Shown: positions 57,701-64,000 of the stretch, one piece after another
Layout of the letters: every line of letters starts with the position of its first letter
How positions within the stretch are numbered: the stretch's first letter is position 1
Assembly: GCA_965205485.1 (NCBI GenBank)
Contig: OZ242180.1
Span: forward strand, 288,001 to 352,000
Length of the DNA: 64,000 nt
Source: Candidatus Latescibacterota bacterium
GTDB taxonomy: Bacteria > Latescibacterota > UBA2968 > GCA-2709665
Reading direction: 5' to 3'
The notes under the pieces: model-generated
The model's input: the letters and a program-made list of their open reading frames with translations, nothing else
Database searches by the model: none
Told to the model about the DNA's origin: nothing
Program-made: the position numbers and the translations under genes

Positions 57701-59980
57701 GATTCTCAGCAACTGCCGTCGATATCCCTCTGCAATCCTTCGCCTCTGGAACCTGGCACTTGCCTCCTTCACTGTGTTGACTCGCAGAGACGATGGGAAT
57801 ACCTGTACCCGGTTTTCCTCCCGGGACAACAATACCGTTTCTTCCAGCCAGGAGACGGCGGTCCGCACACGGGTATCGTCCGTGGCGGAGTCCCGTTCGA
57901 AGGCATTTTCGTCGTCCTCTCCGAGTATTTCACCTGACGTTGCGACAACTTCGCCGCCAAGCCGTTTCTTCCGGTCCAGATTGCGGAGTGCCCACAGTAC
58001 ACCGTGGATTTCCCGCCGGGTCAGTCGGGACGCTGCAGACATGCCGAACTGCCGTTCCACGTCTTCCGGGGTATAAAGGAGTACGCATCGCGCGGTTTTC
58101 CGGTCCCGCCCCGCGCGGCCGGCCTCCTGCATGTAGTTCTCCAGCGAACCGGGAATGTCCGCGTGAATCACCAGGCGCACATCCGGCTTGTCGATGCCCA
58201 TGCCGAAGGCATTGGTGGCGGTTATCACGCGCAGTTCGCCCTCGATGAATCGCTGTTGCACACTCTTCTTCGTCTCTGGGGGCAGCCGTGCGTGAAAATG
58301 TTCCGCGTCGACGTCCTTAAGCTGCAGGAACTGCGCCGCCTCTTCCGTCTGGCGTCGCGTTGCGCAATAGACGATGGCGCCCCCGGGGGTATCCGGTGGC
58401 AGGTCCGCCATCAGTATCTGATGGATGTGCGCGAATTTCTCCGGTTCGGTCGTCTTCACGACCACGAATTCCAGATTCGTACGCTGGGCCCCGCCGTCGA
58501 ACACGCTTAACTCGATCTGTAACTCGTCCTGAAAATGCTGTCTGATGTCTGCGACGACGTCGGGCTTTGCGGTCGCCGTCAGGCAGATCACCGGGGGGAT
58601 CGGCTCCTCTCCCGCCTTCTCACGGATGAACCGTCCTATATAGCGGTAATCGGGACGGAAATCGTGGCCCCACCGCGAGAGGCAATGGGCTTCGTCCAGC
58701 ACCCACGCGCCGATTTCGCGCTGGTCCAGGACACGACGGAAGGAGTGACTGCGGAGTTGCTCGGGCGAAACGAGTACCATCCCGGCGTCCCCGAGACGCA
58801 CCCGGTCCAGCGCATCGGCGCGTTCGGGCATCGATAGCAGTCCGTTGATGGCCACACAGGAGGATATTCCCCTTGCTTCCAGCCCGGCAACCTGGTCAGC
58901 CATGAGTGCGACGAGCGGCGAAATCACCACGGTCAGGGCGCCAATCTTGTCGTAGCGAGACAGAGCAGGAATTTGGTAACACAGTGACTTTCCGGTTCCG
59001 GTTGGAAGGATGCCCAGAACGTGATCGCCGGCCATTGCAGCTTCGCAGATGTTCTGCTGCATCGGGCGACCGTCTTTGTCGGCCGGTTCCGGTCGAAAGT
59101 CGTCGAATCCGAACCATCGCTTCAGTTCCTTACACGGGTCGTGCCGCTCATTGCACCATTCGCAGTCCGACTCGCCGCACGGCCTGTCCCGCAACCGGCG
59201 AACGAGCTTACCGGCATCCGGGAACTGATGCCGTACCCACGGCGGCATCACCGAATTGCCCCCGGCGACCGACAGCCAGGCGATGGCGTAAGCGAGAGGC
59301 CAGCCGAACTCTCTGGAATTTTGAATGACAACCTGGCCGATGTTCTGACAGGCGTTGCCATTCAAGAGGCTGCCTATGGCTGCGCTTGCCTCGGCGTCCG
59401 AAGGCCGTTGATTCCGTCGCAGCGCGGAGAACAATGCGTCGAGACCGGAAGCTTCATTTCCGGAAAACGCGTCGATGCCTGACCCGTCACCCGCGGTCGA
59501 CGTGAGCCAGTGCCACGCCAGGGGCAGGTCCGGGGTGTCCCGAATGACTGCTTCCAATGCACCGCATTGGTCACGGAAGAGATCCAGGGCGAGGCGCGCG
59601 TCGAGTTCCGGGTCGTTTAAGCGCCCTTGTTTGAGCTGTGGGTCCTGGTAGTGCTTCACGAGGTGGTGATAGGGATTGCGAGGAAAGGCGAGAGGGTTCA
59701 GTTTCAGTGTATCGACGGCAGGCAGTTTCAGCAGCCGCAGGTTCGAATTCGCCGCTGCGAGATGCGGCAGATCGAAGGCAATCAGGTTATGGCCGAGCAG
59801 GAAGTCCGCGCCTTTGGCGAATTCGTCAAGTTCGGCCAACGCCGTTGTCAGATCAACCTTGCGGGAGGTCATGGACCGATCGGTATCCGTGCGGACCGCG
59901 GCGAAAGCACCGATGCGGCCGTCGTTCTTCCCGACCTCCAGGTCAATTGAAATGTAACGATGGGGCGAATTGGAATACAT
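54767..59980 (-). CDS. DEDD exonuclease-like, RecQ (SF2) and UvrD (SF1) helicase fusion
   Basis: IDLE..GHN..FD; LPTGTGKSLCYQ, DEAHC, QEAGRAGRD; AGPGSGKT, DEYQD, VGDDDQ, NYRS, STAHRAKGLEF, RLYYVAMTRAR. Confidence 0.88.
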   Translation of the reverse strand: MYSNSPHRYISIDLEVGKNDGRIGAFAAVRTDTDRSMTSRKVDLTTALAELDEFAKGADFLLGHNLIAFDLPHLAAANSNLRLLKLPAVDTLKLNPLAFPRNPYHHLVKHYQDPQLKQGRLNDPELDARLALDLFRDQCGALEAVIRDTPDLPLAWHWLTSTAGDGSGIDAFSGNEASGLDALFSALRRNQRPSDAEASAAIGSLLNGNACQNIGQVVIQNSREFGWPLAYAIAWLSVAGGNSVMPPWVRHQFPDAGKLVRRLRDRPCGESDCEWCNERHDPCKELKRWFGFDDFRPEPADKDGRPMQQNICEAAMAGDHVLGILPTGTGKSLCYQIPALSRYDKIGALTVVISPLVALMADQVAGLEARGISSCVAINGLLSMPERADALDRVRLGDAGMVLVSPEQLRSHSFRRVLDQREIGAWVLDEAHCLSRWGHDFRPDYRYIGRFIREKAGEEPIPPVICLTATAKPDVVADIRQHFQDELQIELSVFDGGAQRTNLEFVVVKTTEPEKFAHIHQILMADLPPDTPGGAIVYCATRRQTEEAAQFLQLKDVDAEHFHARLPPETKKSVQQRFIEGELRVITATNAFGMGIDKPDVRLVIHADIPGSLENYMQEAGRAGRDRKTARCVLLYTPEDVERQFGMSAASRLTRREIHGVLWALRNLDRKKRLGGEVVATSGEILGEDDENAFERDSATDDTRVRTAVSWLEETVLLSREENRVQVFPSSLRVNTVKEASARFQRRRIAEGYRRQLLRIVEALIDADPDEGITTDELMGVSGLSPEGVRRAMYDLERLGIASNDTALTAFVHAGVARNSRKRFDEAVELENGLIAQMRETAPDMSKGDKWPLFLRLASQKLRDEGAADPLPERLWRILRSIANDGRGEGGDAGSLGIRRRDPDTVNVELRREWTGLAELASRRRAGAKLLLDHLLSCLPPNARGTDLLAETTLGKLLAAITSDIVLKSRNPEKLMDRALLWLHEQEVIRLHKGLAVFRQAMTIKLTDEKRGFAAPDFEPLRLHYKGQAMQIHVMAEFAQRGLDNMADALRLALEYFSLTQEAFLSRWLPERGKEIERETTPESWRAIVESLKNPDQQRIVADDREQVNVLVLAGPGSGKTRVLVHRIAYLVRARRENPRGILALAYNRHAAVEIRKRLKELIGDDARGVTVLTCHALAMRLVGVSFQDRERRPLDDDAFREVLRQAVALLRGEGLEPEDADDRRERLLRGFRWILVDEYQDIGAEQYALISALAGRTLQDEDRKLTLFAVGDDDQNIYAFNGASVEFIRRFEADYGPRPSYLIDNYRSTGNIITAANDLIKPARQRLKTGHPIRIDRARAKKPPGGDWDGLDPIARGRVQVLPSDPDPISQVQVAMTELQRLEDVSPNWDWPACAVIAREWKYLDPVRAFCEVNRIPVQMANEGIPSFWHLRETRAFVEWLRGRDTRLVDASGLTEWVGAQPKGTWTELLRQALDEHALEAGHGEVPVDHFIEWLAEWGRDVRRRQRGLLLSTAHRAKGLEFDHIVVLDGGWNKVDAGEDPDAPRRLYYVAMTRARQTLALVRFQESRGGERPVRSDIVSETVPAAYLEPLNPAPYRFPDNGAILHRKTDAVTENSSELSRQYRRPTLSEVNLGFAGRRHASDPVHHAIAALSTGDRLDTRIDEYGRWELLDRSGTVVGRLAEAFEPPPDMQCKTATVYAVVTWTREASEPGFREHAKCDTWEVVVPELVFEPEGG

Positions 59981-60018
59981 GCTCAAGTATCGTGAAAATG
60001 ATGCCGGCGGCGAAAACC

Positions 60019-60043
60019 GGGCGCCCACAAGGGACGCCCCTAC
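60019..60043 (-). repeat. GTAG-type REP palindrome
   Basis: gggcgcccacaagggacgcccctac. Confidence 0.75.
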
Positions 60044-60097
60044 ACGGCATCGGGCATTTGGTCGGTCGGACAGAGATCAGCGATTTGAAAGCGCCCG

Positions 60098-62607
60098 TCA
60101 CATCGTCTCGGCTTTGTGCATGGTGAGGATATCCTCGCCCGTTCTATTGACGTCAAACGCGTAACATTCGTTGCCCGCCCCGATCACGAATCCATTCTCG
60201 TCTGCTGTCACCTGCGCGTTCAGGCTGTGATCCACGAACGCGAAGACCAGGACGTCGCCTGATGTCGACAGTCGCACGCGCATGCCAGGATCGCGGCCGC
60301 CCGGGAGAAGCTCTTCAGGCTCCCCGCCGCCAGTCCGGCGGGTGCGAAGGGGACCTCCTCCTGCTCGAAACAGGCGTCCTCACCGAAAAGCGGCATCACG
60401 TCGACTGTGCGCTCTCCGGCCCCGAACTGCGCGAGGTCTGTCCGTACGTCGCGCAGGTCCACCGGGTTCAGCTTCCATCCCATCGCCGCGCTTCCCGTTT
60501 CGGGCCCCATGTCCGTCTCGAAATCCACCTTCAGTCGCCTGCGGCCTGGGCATTTCAGGTCAAGCATGCCAAGGTCGCATTTCAATCCCGTCCCCGGCAT
60601 CTGGACCGCGCCGCCGAAGGCGAGCACCGTATTCGATTTGATGTAAAACGTCCTCGGCTCGGCGCGCGATTCGAGGTTCTGCGAATCCACGCCCAGTTCG
60701 CCGAAGACCGCGGGGTCGTCGAACCGGTTCCGGCTGCCGTCGACTTCGATCTCGATGAACGGCCGGTCGCCCCGGCGGTTGAACCCGCCCCAACGGATGG
60801 CCGCGTCGTGCCAAAGGCCGGTTTCGATCTTCACGGGCGACGTCACCTCTACCGACGTATTCCGCTGGCTCTGCACGACAAACTTCAGCGCGCTGCCTTC
60901 CATGATCGCCAGCGAGTAACTGTTCACCCGGTTTCCCATCACGCGCCCCACGCCGATTCCTGTATTGAAAAGGACTCCCGGTCCGTCTTCCCGGCTCTCG
61001 CCATTCAGCCGGAAACGCATCTTCAATTCGCCTGCCCTGGGATTGAAGAAAGGGCCGCGTTCGTACTGCAGATAGTCCCGTCCGTTCAATCGCGCGAATC
61101 CCCCGCCCCGTTGTCGCGCCAACTTCACCCCGCGGCGACGGCGTCTCAATGCCGTGACCAGGATTGGCGACGGCCTCTTCAGCAGCCAATACTCCTGGTC
61201 CGTTCGAACGGAGCGGACGCGCAGCCGGTCGCAACGCTCATCCTCTTTCAACCGCTTCAGGAACGCGACGATCTCGTTCTGTCCGCCCACGAAGGGAAGA
61301 CTCCCGCAGGCCACCGGCTGCGCTTCTTCCGCGGAGATCGACTTCAGTACCGGATGTCCGGACCACTGCGCGTGCAGGTTCAGATACCCGTGAGCGCCCC
61401 CGCCCTTGTATCCGGTCACGCTGCAGACCACCGCATCCCTGTCCCATCCGCTTCTCAGGAGCCCCGCCTCGCCATAGTGCGCCCGCATAAACGTCCTGGA
61501 ATGCGGGAGTTCCTGCCTGCGACGGGACGGATGGAACGCCGGATCGCAATAGCAATACGCATACGGACCGTACGAGATCATGCACTCGGCACTGGTCCCC
61601 TTCACGCCCATCCCGAATCTGTAGAGCCTCCCCAATCTCGGATCGCCGAGGGCCACGTCGCACATCTCCACGTCTCCCGCCTCCTGCGCCAGGCGAAGCA
61701 GGGTCACCGAACACGCATTGAGCTGACTGCCCGTGATCACGTTCGAATTCTGCGGATAATAGACCCTGTCTTCAATCAACCTGGGCGGCGCCAGGTGGTA
61801 ACGGAACCACTTCAGGGGCCGTTCCAGGCGCTTCGGGAACTCCCTGTAGAGATCCTCGCCGGTCACATTTCTCAGCGCGTCGGCGAAATGAAGCATCCAG
61901 AGGTTCTCCCACGGCCAGAACGAGGCGCCGTCTCCGGGCTCGCCGTCACGCCCGCAGCCGTTGGGCATCACCCCGGCACGAAACCGGTCGACAACGGCCG
62001 CCACCCACGCTTCCGCATCGGGATGTTTTCCAAGCAGATGCAGGGCAGCCGCGCCGAAGTGCCCGTTATCGACCACGGCGTGGTGCCGTCCGTCGGACGA
62101 ATGCCTGGACCTCTCCACGTCGGGCCACCAGCGCTCCATCAACCGGACGAGGCACGCCGTCGCCCGTACTTTTTCGCCGTCCGGCAACACATCGTCCAGC
62201 AGGTCCAGTGAGAGCGCAAACGCCTGCATATAGCGATTTGCGGTATAGAAATGCTCCTCCACGCGGTCGCTGTGTTCCCACTCAGACGCCGCCCGCATCC
62301 AGTCTCTGGCGCGTTTCAGCCAGCGCGGCTCACCGGTCAGCCTCCACGCGAACGCATAGTTCTCCATGAGCGCCGTTGCGTGCATCCCCGTATAGAAGGT
62401 GAGGTACAGCTGGTGGTACGGGTGCGGGCTGTCCGGCCGTTCGGGGATGCGTTTCCACGGACGCTGAGAATGGTATTCCTCGCAGTCCGCGAGGAGGTTT
62501 CCCAGAATGCGTTTTCGGGCCTCATCCTCCGGCGGGTTGAACCTGTACAATGGATCGTCGGCCGGACGGTACAGCCGGGGATGTTCTTCACGCAGAATCC
62601 GGGTCAT
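60098..62607 (-). CDS. Heparinase II/III or oligo-alginate-lyase-like protein with LamG-like insert; apparent frameshift near 60308
   Basis: Helical N-terminus (YAFAWRLTGEPRWL), DGEPGDGASFW, LLRSGW, WHDAAIRW; the main ORF ends at 60220 but a better C-terminus runs in another frame to 60098. Confidence 0.55.
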
Positions 62608-62690
62608 TTTGCGACTCCATTATTGTGGTTTGGATCTGTCGCTGAGTTGGAGCACTGTAGTGGGATTGGTGGGTTTGTACACGTTCAGTT

Positions 62691-62758
62691 TCCCCCCACC
62701 GGCGTGCCTTCGGGCTGACGCCCTTGGCTTGCCGACTCCCCCTCAAGGGGGGAATGAT
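62691..62758 (-). repeat. REP-like element, same family as 50166-50253
   Basis: gactccccctcaaggggggaatgat and ccccccaccg ends. Confidence 0.75.
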
Positions 62759-62798
62759 GCGTACTGTCCCGGCGAATCAGGCTCCGCATATTCTCCAA

Positions 62799-63929
62799 TC
62801 AGCGCACTCTCGCCGCCCTGATCGCATCCACGGCAAACGTGCCTTCCGGGCAATAGACCGACACAATAACTTCCGGCCCGACTGCCTGAAACTCAAGGAC
62901 GACCTTTCTGTCCTCCCTGCGAACCGAAACAACCCGCGCTGCCTTCAGCGGAGACGGCTTGAGGACGGGCGGGTTGACGTGCGTACTGTAATATTCGATA
63001 AGTACACGACACGGCCCGGGCGTCCTGATGGACCAGGTATGGAAGCCTGGCGGATACGTGCCGCCCAGGTAGTGGCCGCCCGCATATGCGGGCCCGTTCG
63101 ACACCAACCTCAGCACGTCGTTGTAATTCCCGTCCGCTTCACCGATCCACATTTCTTCCTGTACCGACAGGTCCGCGTCGACGGGAAAGGACACCGGGTC
63201 GTTGTGTCCGTAGGCGACCGGAAATGTCTCCGCGAGGTATTTCCGGTAGAGATCCAGAATCGGCGTCTTGTACCTGTCTTTCAGGTAGTCCGCCTCGACC
63301 GCCATAACCCCGTGAGACCGGACCGTATCGTCATACCGGCCGATCCAGGGCCGTTCCACCACCTTAAACGCCGTCCAACGGTCCTGCGCCATCACAAGAT
63401 CGTGGAACGACGCAACTTCCCCGGTGCCGTCATACGCCTTCTTCGAGTAAAAGAACAGACCGAACGTAGGATCCAGCAGATGCCATTTCCCGTCGTAGTA
63501 CACCTCGCTGATGGCGTGACTGCCCATGATCGGACGGAGATTGAACGCGCCGATATACCGGGAAGGTAGCCCCACCATCCGGCAGAGTACCCGGTGTACG
63601 TGCGAGAGCCCGCCGCAGATCGCATAGCCCTCCCTGATTATCTTCGTGGCCGTCCCGCCGTTGTTCTTCAGTTCGAGAGCAGACGACGCATAACGCAGAA
63701 TCGCGATCCCTTTCTGCTCGTCCGTCAATCCCCCGGTTCCGTCCGGGAAGATGCTTTTCAGCACGTTCTCCAGGAATGCACGGTCCTCTTCTGATGAAAT
63801 CTCCAGGTCTTCAGGTACGGGCATCGTACGAAAAGGCGGCATTGGACCCTTCTTCGTTGAAGCCATGGCCGATGCGGGACCCAGCAGCACCACGAAAAAA
63901 ACCGGCGCAATCAGAAACACGGAAAACAT
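62799..63929 (-). CDS. Exported transglutaminase-like domain protein
   Basis: Signal peptide; Cys-His-Asp triad ICGGLS / HAISEVY / WHLLDPT; GGAGG RBS before ATG 63929. Confidence 0.8.
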   Translation of the reverse strand: MFSVFLIAPVFFVVLLGPASAMASTKKGPMPPFRTMPVPEDLEISSEEDRAFLENVLKSIFPDGTGGLTDEQKGIAILRYASSALELKNNGGTATKIIREGYAICGGLSHVHRVLCRMVGLPSRYIGAFNLRPIMGSHAISEVYYDGKWHLLDPTFGLFFYSKKAYDGTGEVASFHDLVMAQDRWTAFKVVERPWIGRYDDTVRSHGVMAVEADYLKDRYKTPILDLYRKYLAETFPVAYGHNDPVSFPVDADLSVQEEMWIGEADGNYNDVLRLVSNGPAYAGGHYLGGTYPPGFHTWSIRTPGPCRVLIEYYSTHVNPPVLKPSPLKAARVVSVRREDRKVVLEFQAVGPEVIVSVYCPEGTFAVDAIRAARVR

Positions 63930-64000
63930 GGCAGGCCTCCATTCGTTTTCGATGACGATTTTCAGCAAGATAAGCACCGTCCCGCGAAACAGCAAGCCGC

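Noticed and set aside
60262..62211. 649-aa plus-strand ORF
   Set aside because: Antisense shadow of the lyase-like gene

Overview
GC-rich bacterial chromosomal window from a diderm, possibly an FCB-group or candidate-phylum organism; the taxonomy is inferred only from gene content. In order it carries: an acetamidase and bioA-bioD; a minus-strand cluster (fatty acyl-CoA reductase, atypical acyltransferase, alkyl-DHAP synthase, DHRS7B-like SDR) resembling a complete eukaryote-style ether-lipid pathway; a low-GC islet (heptad-repeat membrane protein, decayed BrnT-like toxin-antitoxin pair, HEPN protein); a glutamine amidotransferase, a PhzF protein and a penicillin acylase; ndk-yceD-rpmF-fabH-fabD-fabG-acpP-fabF-rnc-lipoate ligase, with plsX missing and rnc lacking a canonical start codon; an uncharacterised cluster (GlmL/MutL-like actin-fold ATPase, barrel-sandwich/KOW protein, DUF6754-like protein, several membrane proteins) interleaved with an Opp-type ABC transporter; a metallopeptidase-PD40-Omp85 protein; UbiA, DUF362, phosphotransferase, AIR-synthase-like, Fe-ADH and LarA-like genes; an accessory region with an orphan VapB and a ~1740-aa exonuclease-RecQ-UvrD fusion; a frameshifted lyase-like gene; and a transglutaminase-like gene. 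Intergenic regions are dense with small repeats (nested MITEs, REP-like palindromes, heptamer arrays, two-copy structured ~180-bp elements). No rRNA, tRNA or CRISPR array was seen. All calls come from motif recognition by eye; no searches were run.
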